64,000 nucleotides of DNA from an uncultured virus (IMG/VR IMGVR_UViG_3300020234_000071). Its lineage: Duplodnaviria; Heunggongvirae; Uroviricota; Caudoviricetes. The stretch lies in the IMG/VR virus record IMGVR_UViG_3300020234_000071; one strand, given 5' to 3'. The position numbers and the translations under genes are program-made. This document shows positions 1 through 9,168 of this stretch, one piece after another. Numbering within the stretch: the stretch's first letter is position 1; each line of letters begins with the position of its first letter. The notes below the pieces were generated by a model that saw only the letters and a program-made list of their open reading frames with translations, was not told the origin of the DNA and ran no database searches.

Positions 1-2
1 CG

Positions 3-611
3 CGCTTTGTACACATCGATCTGGGGCTGACATCAGATGCGGCGGGGGTATGTTTGGGATACGTGGATAGATTCGTACATGTGGAAGGGGATGATGACAC
101 TGCGGGGGGTATGATGCCCCACATAATGATAGACGGGTTCTTACGGGTTACGCCACCAATCAATGATGAGATAAACTTTAGTAAGATCAGGACAATACTA
201 TACAGGCTCACAGAGTTGGGGGTACTGATACGGTGGGTTACGTTCGATAGTTACCAGAGTGTTGACTCATTGCAGATATTGCGGGGCAAGGGCTATATGA
301 CAGGGTTACAGAGTATGGACAGGACACCATTACCTTATGACATACTGAAGAGCGCGTTGAATCAGTATCGTATCACTGCCCCTGAAGATGCACACCTACG
401 GAATGAGATAGTACATCTTGAGCGCACATCTAAAGGGAAGGTTGATCACAATGCTTACAACACCAAGGACTTAGCTGATGCATTCGCGGGGGTGGTGTAC
501 GGGCTAACGATGCAACGATGGACATGGGCCAGCTTCGGTATACAACCATCTGCAATGATTACTGCAATGCTGACACCGGAACCAGAGATAGAGATAGATA
601 CATACAGTTAG
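3..611 (+). CDS. terL: Terminase large subunit, C-terminal RNase H-like nuclease domain (5' partial)
   Basis: Frame is open from the window edge: HIDLGLTSDAAG, VTFDSYQS..SLQ.L...G and KVDH....KDLADA are typical TerL nuclease motifs. Confidence 0.85.
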   Translation, partial: RFVHIDLGLTSDAAGVCLGYVDRFVHVEGDDDTAGGMMPHIMIDGFLRVTPPINDEINFSKIRTILYRLTELGVLIRWVTFDSYQSVDSLQILRGKGYMTGLQSMDRTPLPYDILKSALNQYRITAPEDAHLRNEIVHLERTSKGKVDHNAYNTKDLADAFAGVVYGLTMQRWTWASFGIQPSAMITAMLTPEPEIEIDTYS

Positions 612-628
612 CAAGGCTAGACCCCCTT

Positions 629-854
629 ACCCACCCGGCAAGGATAACATACCCTGACAAATAATAACAGTGCATACGTCACAGTTTGATAAGATATTTA
701 TATGTACAGGGTGTGACCTACCTCACAGAATTATTTGTCAATATATGCTATACTTAACAGGGTGGGAGGGAGGGCTGTGTAGCTCACAACATATATAGAA
801 CAAGGGGTATACCCTCTGACCCACCCGGTAAGGATAACATACATTGACAAATAA
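629..854 (+). repeat. 36-bp imperfect direct repeat ACCCACCCGG(C/T)AAGGATAACATAC(CC/AT)TGACAAATAA at 629-664 and 819-854
   Basis: Read directly; 3 mismatches between copies. Confidence 0.9.
712..760 (+). promoter_or_regulatory. CRP box (TGTGA-N6-TCACA, 712-727) centred at -41.5 relative to extended -10 TGcTATACT (749-754): class II CRP-type promoter
   Basis: Perfect CRP consensus, canonical spacing, no recognisable -35. Confidence 0.65.
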
Positions 855-882
855 AGATAGTACATAAGTCACATAAATACTA

Positions 883-911
883 TTGACAAATATAAAGAGA
901 TATGATATACT
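883..911 (+). promoter_or_regulatory. Sigma70-type promoter TTGACA-17-TATACT firing into non-coding G-rich DNA
   Basis: Near-consensus hexamers with extended -10 TG. Confidence 0.7.
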
Positions 912-1208
912 TCCGTGGGTGGGTGAGGGGCTGTCTGGGGTGTTGTTGTGTGGCGTGATGCGGGGCGGTGTATACACAGAGAGATATTATAATATATAAC
1001 ACAGGTACTGGCCACCCCCCCTCTGGCCACCCCTGTGAATGTTAATAAATTGTGGATAAAATTTAAAAAAGTTTTAAAAGTTCGTTCGAAAATTATTTTC
1101 AAATCTTTTTTTCTTATTTTTTCACCAAACGGTATCGGATTCTGGGTGTGATTTTTGAATAAAGAGGCTGTGGAATCGGTTGGAATATTTTATTCCATTT
1201 ATTCCGTG

Positions 1209-1357
1209 TGATACTAAGGTCAAATATTTTTGGGGATTTTTTTAGATATTTCTGGATTTGATACTAAGGTCAAAGATATTTTCTGAGGCTTAAACATATT
1301 TCAATTTTCTGATATATATTTCAATGGCTTGGTTTCGCGTTTGAACTTAGTATCAAA
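1209..1357. repeat. Cluster of three copies of the 18-bp motif TTTGAYCTTAGTATCAAA (1209-1224, 1257-1274, 1340-1357)
   Basis: Read directly; the motif recurs across the window. Confidence 0.85.
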
Positions 1358-1675
1358 TCTGATCTTCCTATATCACAGGCAGATTCCCTACGCGCACACA
1401 AAAAAATCAATGTTATAATCTGAATCCTATGTCTGACCCATTTATAAAGGTACTGTTAAGAGCTAAGGTGCAAGCTCGGACGGATGCACGAGAGATTAAG
1501 CGATTGCGGGGGGAATTGGGACAGTGTAAATCGTTGGTTGGTCGGTATCGCAAATACTTTTCGGACACGGTTAAGGCTCAGAAATTACGGAGTACACGGG
1601 GTAAATAGGGGTAAATAAAGTTTGTGGGGGGATGGGCTTATCGTGGGCAATTTAAAAATTCGCGCAAAAAAATAC

Positions 1676-1903
1676 TTACTCCTGATGTGAACAGCTTGTT
1701 TTTCCGCAGATGTCGCAGATACCGTGGAATTCCAGAATTTCTTTTAATCTTGCAATATGTGAATCCCTATTTTTCTTAGCGTGTTGAACTGAGGCTAGTC
1801 GATCATGCAAATGCAGAACAGTAATCTTGTATTGATTGTTCCTGTGGGTAAGGCGAGAAATAGTTTTTTCCTGTCCTGTCTGCCTGTCGGGAAAGTCTTT
1901 CAT
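1676..1903 (-). CDS. Hypothetical protein with C-terminal Cys cluster
   Basis: ORF track; last gene of the tightly packed minus-strand operon. Confidence 0.55.
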   Translation of the reverse strand: MKDFPDRQTGQEKTISRLTHRNNQYKITVLHLHDRLASVQHAKKNRDSHIARLKEILEFHGICDICGKTSCSHQE

Positions 1904-1904
1904 A

Positions 1905-2069
1905 TTATTTGCGGTAAAGCGGTTTCAGATATTCCAGTACATATTTTGCGTAGACGGTGGTGAGGGTTTTACCGTTGAATTCGAATTGCATCAACCCGAA
2001 TTTCATTGCCTTATTGTAAGCACGTTTTAACGCAGGGTAATCCCGCGCACAAATCATTTGGGGTTTCAT
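1905..2069 (-). CDS. Small hypothetical protein (54 aa, MKPQMICARD...YAKYVLEYLKPLYRK), absent from the ORF track
   Basis: Manual translation; fills the gap between neighbours with ATGA overlap. Confidence 0.6.
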   Translation of the reverse strand: MKPQMICARDYPALKRAYNKAMKFGLMQFEFNGKTLTTVYAKYVLEYLKPLYRK

Positions 2070-2281
2070 ACCGTGTATCGGTTTATGATTTCTGACCTAG
2101 CTGCTTCCGCAAAGGTTCTAAATTTCGCACATCTTTCTGGCCCATACGTGTTGACCTTGCAACCAATAAACTCCATCTTCGAATGATACTCCACCAATTC
2201 AACGGATGTCATTTTTTTGCAATTGGGTGGGGTTTCAAATTCGTTGATTTGATCTAAGATTAATATTTGGTAATCGGACAT
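2066..2281 (-). CDS. Hypothetical protein
   Basis: ORF with AGGAG Shine-Dalgarno. Confidence 0.6.
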   Translation of the reverse strand: MSDYQILILDQINEFETPPNCKKMTSVELVEYHSKMEFIGCKVNTYGPERCAKFRTFAEAARSEIINRYTV

Positions 2282-2396
2282 CAGTATTTCTCCTGTCGGC
2301 GTTTTTTAGATGTGTTCCGCTTCGCACTCTTTTTCCATGCGCGTGAAAGCGAATCTGGTCTACCTGATTTCTTTTTTGCTGAATCCATATTAGTTC

Positions 2397-2564
2397 CTAG
2401 ATAATTTTATCGAGTCGGTCAATTTCATCTGGGGTTGCATCCCCGTACAGTCCTGCGGTTTCCATGTCGGCAACGAAGGCTTCCACGGTTGCATCATCTG
2501 CAAAGGAATCTGCTTTGGCAATATCAGCCAAAAACTTTCGAGTTATGTTCGGTAGTAAAATCAT
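2397..2564 (-). CDS. Small acidic hypothetical protein (55 aa), absent from the ORF track
   Basis: Manual translation MILLPNITRKFLADIAKADSF...; AGGA upstream. Confidence 0.55.
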   Translation of the reverse strand: MILLPNITRKFLADIAKADSFADDATVEAFVADMETAGLYGDATPDEIDRLDKII

Positions 2565-2589
2565 GTGTCACATCCTAAGTGATTAAAAA

Positions 2590-3069
2590 TTAATATGCTT
2601 CGTATCCTGTCCAACCTAATTTGATACGCTTTCGAATTCCGTTGTCTGTTATGCCAAGTGCCTTCCCTGCATCTACACAGGATTCATATAAAATCCCTGC
2701 GGCTAAAACTGGTCGTGCTGCGTAACAGTTTCCAAATTCCCGTGTTGAACGCTGTCTACCCCGTGCTGACATTTCATCCATGTTGTCCTGATGTGTTCCC
2801 ATGTGTAAATGATCGGGGTTGACACATCTTCGATTGTCACAGTGATGAAGAACCATAAGACCGTTTTTTATCTCCCCGTTAAAAACGAGATAAGAAACTC
2901 TGGAAACCTTCAGTGCGTAATCTGGTATTTTCGGGTATCTGCGAAGATGACAACGGGCATACCCGCTTTGGTCACAAGAAAAATTCCAGTTCCAACATTT
3001 CGTTTTCGAATCGATGGTTGAATTTTTCTTGATGTAATCTCTTACATCTTCATCAGTCATTTCTTTCAA
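2590..3069 (-). CDS. HNH homing endonuclease with C-terminal NUMOD-like DNA-binding domain
   Basis: CWNW, GY, VLHHCDNRRCVNPDHL.GT..DN motifs; YES..DAGKALGI. Confidence 0.9.
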   Translation of the reverse strand: MKEMTDEDVRDYIKKNSTIDSKTKCWNWNFSCDQSGYARCHLRRYPKIPDYALKVSRVSYLVFNGEIKNGLMVLHHCDNRRCVNPDHLHMGTHQDNMDEMSARGRQRSTREFGNCYAARPVLAAGILYESCVDAGKALGITDNGIRKRIKLGWTGYEAY

Positions 3070-3094
3070 AGAACTGCCCCACTAAAAAAGGGTG

Positions 3095-3165
3095 CGAACC
3101 GTGGGGGAATCGAACCCCCGTAATCTGATAGAAAGTCAGGTGAACTACCACTATTCTAACGGTTC
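3095..3165 (-). tRNA. tRNA-Glu (anticodon TTC), CCA not encoded
   Basis: Cloverleaf: acceptor GAACCGT/ACGGTTC, anticodon loop CT-TTC-TA, T arm GGGGG-TTCGATT-CCCCC. Confidence 0.85.
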
Positions 3166-3174
3166 AAAATAGGG

Positions 3175-3291
3175 TGTCAGGTGGCAGGATTTTAACCTGC
3201 TTTCGAAGCATTCTCTCCGCTTCGCCGCACGGGTTCAAACTAATTTAATAGCCACTCCCTTGCGCCCGTTCACACCGGGTTGCACCTAACA
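3175..3291 (-). ncRNA. Atypical tRNA-like RNA (about 117 nt) with 9-bp acceptor, extended anticodon-like arm and long variable arm
   Basis: Stems UGUUAGGUG/CACCUGACA, CCCG/CGGG, CGAAGC/GCUUCG and T arm GCAGG-UUAAAAU-CCUGC. Confidence 0.65.
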
Positions 3292-3304
3292 TAAAAATAT
3301 AATT

Positions 3305-3391
3305 TGGTGGATGTCGTAGAATTCGAATCTACTAGTTTCAAGAACCCTCCCGCTTTACAGGCGGGGGAACTTCCAGTCGTTCATCACATCC
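3305..3391 (-). tRNA. tRNA-Tyr (anticodon GTA), CCA encoded
   Basis: Cloverleaf with CCCGC-CT-GTA-AA-GCGGG, long variable arm, GTAGA-TTCGAAT-TCTAC, ACCA end. Confidence 0.9.
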
Positions 3392-3540
3392 AAAATTTTG
3401 AGGTCTAAGAAAGTGGACATACAATGTCCTGCAATCCCATCTGCGGTTACTCAATTTCGGTAGAGCACACCTGTCAACCTCAGAACAGTCACGTACATCA
3501 GTTCAGTCTTAAGCCATTCCTGATGCCCTAGCTCCGCTTT

Positions 3541-3683
3541 AAGTCTTTTGAAAGTTCTCGGCTGAAGGATTCTAACCTTCGCGGCAAACGTCTTCGCCAG
3601 TGCCAATTACTTGAGAGTCTTGAAGGTCTCACTGGTGATCGAAACCAGATTACAAACTGTGTCCAAGAACTTTCAAAAGACTT
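3541..3683 (-). ncRNA. Structured RNA closed by a ~21-bp stem, containing two T-loop-like hairpins
   Basis: Perfect 18-bp inverted repeat extended by a G-U pair on the minus strand; CUGGU-UUCGAUC-ACCAG and GAAGG-UUAGAAU-CCUUC. Confidence 0.65.
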
Positions 3684-3741
3684 TTTGAGACTCCCTGTGT
3701 TCCCCAAAAATCCAGAACTCGAATATTGGGAATCTCAAAAA
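3682..3741 (-). ncRNA. Hairpin RNA with 14-bp closing stem
   Basis: UUUUUGAGAUUCCC/GGGAGUCUCAAAAA with U-G wobble on the minus strand. Confidence 0.5.
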
Positions 3742-3749
3742 AAATAGTC

Positions 3750-3904
3750 TAAAAGTTTTTTGTGAGACCACTGGCTTATCTAGAATCATCCAGTGCCAAA
3801 GTCCGTTGTCCTTTGGTGGTTTCAAGTCAGGCGATACTATCAACGTGCATTAGCCGATAGGAGGATTCTGACCTTCCCCGTTTTAATCTCACAAAAAACT
3901 TCTA
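3750..3904 (-). ncRNA. Structured RNA closed by a ~19-bp stem
   Basis: UAGAAGUUUUUUGUGAGAU/GUCUCACAAAAAACUUUUA; the mismatches are G-U pairs on the minus strand. Confidence 0.6.
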
Positions 3905-3916
3905 AAAAATAAAGAG

Positions 3917-4019
3917 TGGAAGTAGCCGTACCAAAATTCTCTCTCAATGCCCTTCCCCGGTTTCCGGTATATGAAGCTTCGTGACACTGGCGGGGAATCG
4001 AACCCCGCTAACACTTCCA
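3917..4019 (-). ncRNA. Circularly permuted tRNA-like RNA (T arm precedes a closed acceptor-like stem)
   Basis: UGGAAGU/ACUUCCA closing stem, GCGGGG-UUCGAUU-CCCCGC, then CAGUGUC/GGCAUUG. Confidence 0.65.
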
Positions 4020-4109
4020 AAATTGGTAGGAATTTTAATCTGGGATATTCCCGTAACCCGTGTCTCAATCCTTGACTCTTCTGCTCTAACTTTCCTTACT
4101 TACCCTATA

Positions 4110-4137
4110 ATAATAGCACACTACAATTCTTTGTCAA
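4110..4137 (-). promoter_or_regulatory. Sigma70-type promoter for the tRNA/ncRNA array
   Basis: TTGACA-16-(TGc)TATTAT on the minus strand. Confidence 0.7.
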
Positions 4138-4213
4138 GTTATTTCTGAAAGTATTTTCAATTATTTTTATACCTTATATATAGGGGTGACAGGCAAAACC
4201 CGAAAAAATAAAA

Positions 4214-4242
4214 CTGACAAATATTTTTAGATGTGTTATAAT
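4214..4242 (+). promoter_or_regulatory. Early promoter CTGACAAATA...TGtTATAAT; related promoters at 5011, 6480, 10996, 11890, 14586, 17679, 21330, 23257, 26986, 62442-62470 (minus) and 63010
   Basis: Shared (C/T)TGACAAATA -35 extension, mostly with 16-18 bp spacers to TATAAT/TATACT-like -10. Confidence 0.8.
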
Positions 4243-4267
4243 GAAATTAGAAATGGAGAAACACACG

Positions 4268-4702
4268 ATGACAAAACTTAGCAATCCCCCTTCAAGGGAA
4301 AAAGGCAAACGGTGGTATTGTGGGCCTTTCGTGATTGCCGCAGTTACGGGATTCTCTTTTGAGCCAATCCGATCTGCAATCAATCGCGCAAAAGGTAGAC
4401 CCATTTCGCGGGGGGTCTGTTCAGTACAAACTCAGGAACTTCGAAAAGCCTTCAAGGAACTTGGGTGGGATTCTACTGTGACATATCATCATGCGGAAAA
4501 TCCGAAGATGAGACTCAAGGACTTTATGAAAAGTCTTGACCCTGATGATAAGGACATCTATGTGGTCTACATCACGGGTCACTATGTTGCAGTGCAGGGC
4601 GATACTTTTGTTGATACCTACAGTAAGCACAAAGTATCAACCGTGTATTCCCCACAAGCAGGGAAGACCGTAAAACAAGTTTACAGAATGACCAAAGTTT
4701 AA
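4268..4702 (+). CDS. Hypothetical early protein with possible papain/C39-like Cys-His dyad
   Basis: YCGPFVIAAVTG and YVVYITGHYVAV; start re-assigned to the ATG after GGAG. Confidence 0.5.
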   Translation: MTKLSNPPSREKGKRWYCGPFVIAAVTGFSFEPIRSAINRAKGRPISRGVCSVQTQELRKAFKELGWDSTVTYHHAENPKMRLKDFMKSLDPDDKDIYVVYITGHYVAVQGDTFVDTYSKHKVSTVYSPQAGKTVKQVYRMTKV

Positions 4703-4718
4703 ACTACATCACTAGGAG

Positions 4719-4976
4719 GTGATTATGAAAGACTCAGTAATTTCAATACATGAAGATGAAGGATACAAAACTGGATTGGTAGTTGGTGTTGGTCACAAAT
4801 TTCTTCGTGTGATCTATCCCGATTCATCAGGAATTAAAATCCGAAAGATTGCACTTGACTCTAAATACAATGTGATCGACTACCCCACCAACAGGGCAAA
4901 GCGAAAGCTGCGGGAGTGCGGGAAGAATTTTGGTATCACCAAGAGCGCAAAGGTGGCACTTCGGATAGTTAAATAA
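4719..4976 (+). CDS. Hypothetical early protein
   Basis: ORF with AGGAGG. Confidence 0.6.
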   Translation: MIMKDSVISIHEDEGYKTGLVVGVGHKFLRVIYPDSSGIKIRKIALDSKYNVIDYPTNRAKRKLRECGKNFGITKSAKVALRIVK

Positions 4977-4987
4977 CTTTACCTGTT

Positions 4988-5003
4988 TGTGAACTGCATC
5001 ACA
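4988..5003. promoter_or_regulatory. CRP-consensus site TGTGA-ACTGCA-TCACA just upstream of the promoter at 5011-5040
   Basis: Perfect consensus, intergenic. Confidence 0.6.
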
Positions 5004-5074
5004 CAGATAATTGACAAATAATTTCTGTGTGGTGTATACTTAAGGTATAGAAATTAAACAACACGGAACACGAA

Positions 5075-8000
5075 ATGAAAATCACAGTATCAAAAGACAC
5101 AGGCTACACAGTTTATAAATTCGAAGCACGTAAGGTTACTTACGAAGTTCTTACCAAAGACCACAAAGAATTTTCAGTTTGGTCAAACCGTTTTGGAACT
5201 GCGGGTTTTGGTAGGGGAACTATGAATGTGTATTGGTCAGTTGAAGAGCTTGCAGCACGAAGCAAAATGTTTGCAGACTTTACAAAGAGCTTGACCGCTT
5301 ATTCCAACATGCTTAGTTCAGTGAGTCACTAACATGACTACCATACTAAACAAGAAAGGCAACGTAGGTTACACAGCCGAATATTGGAATTGTTCAGAAG
5401 GTCATTTTGACCCGAAGCGTAGGGATTTTGACCACACTACTATTCAATTAATTATTCGTTTCACTGAAGTTAAATCATGTGGCAAAAAGCAAATGACTTT
5501 ATCTGCCCCTGATGGTACTTGGTCTGATATGCGGGGAAAATTTTACAGCCCTGTGAAGCCGATTTATGAAACTTATGAAGACGCTGTTGAAGCTGCTGAA
5601 GAAATGTATGCTGTAATGATTCCTGAAATTTTGCGTCAACAAGATAGACGCTTGAATGGTGAGCATGGTCTGAAGTCAAGAATTGGTACAGACAAGTGGG
5701 CAACCAAACACGTTGAAGAAGTTGAGGCTTACATAGCCAAGATCGAAGCAGGAGAATTTCCGCTTGAAATAATTGACTATGCCGAGTGGTTAGAAAGCCT
5801 GAACAAACCCAAATTTTAACAACACGGAGAAACGAATATGGACAAGAAAAAAAGAGCATGGGAAATCACCTTAGACAATGGTGACAAGTTTGAATTCTTT
5901 GCTGAAGATAGAAGCCTTGCCGTAAGTCATAGTGCTCAGCTTTTTAGGGACACAGACTTTCCGCAATTGACACAACACAGTTCACCGAAGTTTAGTCGGT
6001 GGGCTTATGATGGAGAACTGTAAGTATGAGTTTTCCAAAACAAAATGTAGCAGGTAGGCGCAGACACCAAAAGCAAACTGCTAAAAATTTAGCTTGCCCT
6101 TCATGTAAGAGAAAGTCAGCACTGAAAATAACTTTCCCTGAAAGCACTGGTGGGCTTTATTGCGCGAAGCATTGTCGCTACTGTGGTTGGAATAAAACCA
6201 CATTAATCTTTGTGGGTGCGTAATGGATACCTTTGAAATTTCTGTAAATGGTATTCCTGCACTAGCAGTTGTTACCGATTATATTTGTGTTGCCCCCCAA
6301 GGTAAGGGGGCAGACAGTGACCTTGATTGCCACGGGTATTCAGAGATTGAGTACACCATTAAAGACCGCAAGGGCTACCCAAAAGTGGGGGATGCTGAGT
6401 GGTTGCTGAAGATCGTAAATGATCGGGATTTGTGGCAGGACATCCATGAACAGATAATATGGGATATGGAAAATATTGATTGACAAATAACCCTATATAG
6501 TTTAGGGTACTAATGACTAGGAGGTTTTATGAACGCGAATACTGTAAAAAAACTAGGCAGACGCAAAGCAGGTACTTGGGGCAGAACTGCCAAGCCTGTA
6601 GCAAAGCGTATTGCCAACAAAGCTTGCCGCCGCGCTGCGAAGCGCGAACTGTCATGAGTGCATGTGACATCAAATTTAATCCGAAGCGTAATGATCAAGG
6701 TGATTACGATCTTGAGCTATGGATTAATGGGCAGTTCGATTCCACTTGGAGCGCACCACTTAATTTTATCGATCAAGTTGATCTAGGCAAGTTTGCCAAG
6801 ATGGTCAATCGTGGTGTGTCACACGGCAAAGAAGATGCCCGAAAAGAAATGCGGGGTGCTCTGGGGATTACATCATGAGTGACTTGACTGATATGGAGCA
6901 GAAATTGCTCGCGCATTTAGAAGCCACGCATGATGAAGCTGTAAAGGCTTTCGGCAAGGAGTATGGGCCAGAGCATATTAGGATAATGAAGACCGATGGA
7001 AATATTCCGTGGGATGTCATGACAGCTTTCTGTGATGCTCACGATACGGATTATCCTGACTGGCCTGACTTCGTAAAATAAAATAATGACTAAAGAATTT
7101 TCTAAACTGGATACAGCCAAGCTCGATCTAATTCGCATGAAAAGCAAGTTGGATGATTTGCGGGATATGACCTTGCGGGATTATGAAGAAATTGATTATT
7201 TGGAAAAAGCAATTGGGACTAAACATGTATGGATTTTAGAACTTCAGGCTAAGCATGATGCGAAACCTGTTGAAGTAATGCGTAGGGATATGGAATCCCA
7301 TAAAGATAATGTAATTGACCTAAAGGAATTACGATAATGGCTCAGAGATTTTACTGCCCCGATTGTGGGGATTTCAGCGAAGACCGGGAGTACCCATTAA
7401 CAGATGATGGATTCCCAGATACCCCTTTGTGTAAATCCTGTGGGTCTGACTGTACAAATTTAACTGAAGACCCCCGAATGACAGAACTTAATAATCTGGC
7501 TAAAAGATTGGGGGTTGCAAGAATTGAATATAAGGAGCGTATTTCTGCGGTTGATACTTTAGCTCAAAAACTTAAAGATGATTGGGGGCTAAATAAATTA
7601 CCATGAATTTAGATTTATATGTGATTCCTGTTGCTCTGATTCTTTGCGGGTTAGTTGCTTTTGGTTGTGCAGCGTGGATTAAATGGCGGGATAAAGATGA
7701 TGAGTGATTTCAAAGACAATTTAAACTTTGTGATAGAGCAATATCAAAAAATACAAGACTATGTAATTAAAACTGGATTGTATAAAGATAAGCTTAATAC
7801 GCAGAGTCATTCTGATTTGGTGTTGATCAGAATAAAAGAATTGGAATTGACAAATGTTGAATGGATAAGTGCTGAAGACAGGTTGCCCCAAAAGTATCAG
7901 CAGGTTATTGCCTGTGGAACTTGGGTTGGTGAAATCTGCGGGGCAAAGGAAAAAGATTTTATTGGCATGGGCGAGTGGGACGGTTCAGTTGTAAATATGC

Positions 8001-9106
8001 AATGTGATACTTACGGGTGTGTCATAGCAAATATAATTGCTTGGATGCCCAGACCAGATTTACCGAATTTGGGGGATGATGATGACTGAAAGAATGAGTG
8101 TTGAAGAAGCACGATCTAAATTATCTGAAATGCTTTTAGAGTTGGATAAGGTTCCTGCGGTTTGTAGTAATCGGGCAGAACGGGACTACCGTTTTTATCT
8201 GGAAATGAATATCAAAGTTTACCAGACCACCATTCAAGCTTTCGATGAAGTAAGTGCTGAACCATGAAATTACCGCACGTAAAAAAGCCTTGTAAAGATT
8301 GTCCGTTCAGAACTGATTGTATGAAGGGTTGGCTTAATCGTATGCCTGAAATTCTGGCAGATGATTCTTTTGTCTGTCACAAAAATACCAAATTACAATG
8401 CGCGGGACACATGTTGATCAAAAGAAATGCGAATGCTTTTGTGAGATTAGCGGGACGTTTAAGAATGGATTTACCGCTGACAGGCAGAGAACTTGTTTTT
8501 AAAACTGAACAGGATTGTATCGCACATCATGAGTATAAATGATAAAACAGATAAAGATGGGGTTTTGGATTTGATTCAGAATCTTGAATATAATTATTCC
8601 CTAATGCATTTTAAGGTCACTTATTTTACAGGGTGGATACGGGTATTTCCCGCAGAACAGTTTTGTGATATTGAGTTACTGGATGGGAATCCAAGTTTGA
8701 TGCAGTGGTTGGAAGCCTACAGGAGCATTGAAGAATATTCGCTGAAGCATTGGAAAGAATGGTACTTTGAAAAATTTGATATGCGGTGGTTAAATGAAAA
8801 TATTTTGGAAAAGAATAGTGTGCTGGTTCATCAGCCACGATTACACCTGTGCAGCAGCAGAAGGCATTAAACCAAGTGAAGAACAAATTACAGGTGGTGT
8901 CAAAGGATTCGATGATTACGCAACGATGTATTGCAAAAGGTGCGAGTATATTTATAAGCATAGGTGAATCTTTGAAACTTCGGCGTAGAGCAGTTTATAG
9001 AAATTGGTTGGGTTGGATAATTACAATAGTTAGAAGAAAGATTAATTGGTGGGCAGTGGCAGTTGTTGTTCTGTTTTCAATTTCTTTCTGGGTTAGTGTT
9101 GAATAG
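5075..9106 (+). other. Array of about 15 short early hypothetical CDSs (5075, 5334, 5838, 6026, 6223, 6529, ~6654, 6875, 7086, 7337, ~7697 DUF551-like, ~8082, 8264 Cys-rich, ~8529, ~8912)
   Basis: Contiguous same-strand ORFs with overlapping stop/start codons; several CxxC zinc motifs; WISAEDRLP...AWMPRP in the 7655 ORF. Confidence 0.7.
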
Positions 9107-9168
9107 TTAGTTGGGGTAATTTTGCCCTGTATAAGTCCACGGCTGGCAATTGAGAACGGAGAAGGAAA

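Noticed and set aside
738..1102. Minus-strand ORFs 738-977 and 869-1102
   Set aside because: Low-complexity translations across promoters and repeats with no RBS; treated as non-coding
3541..3904. CRISPR array or transposon ends suggested by the long repeats
   Set aside because: The repeats are inverted, unique to each unit and show strand-specific G-U pairing; there is no direct repeat-spacer periodicity, cas gene or transposase
3917..4019. Two-piece tmRNA
   Set aside because: No G3-U70 alanine identity pair, no CCA and no tag reading frame visible
6513..6653. N-terminal part of ORF 6513-6878
   Set aside because: The RBS AGGAGG serves ATG 6529 in another frame (42-aa basic peptide); the downstream gene more likely starts at 6654
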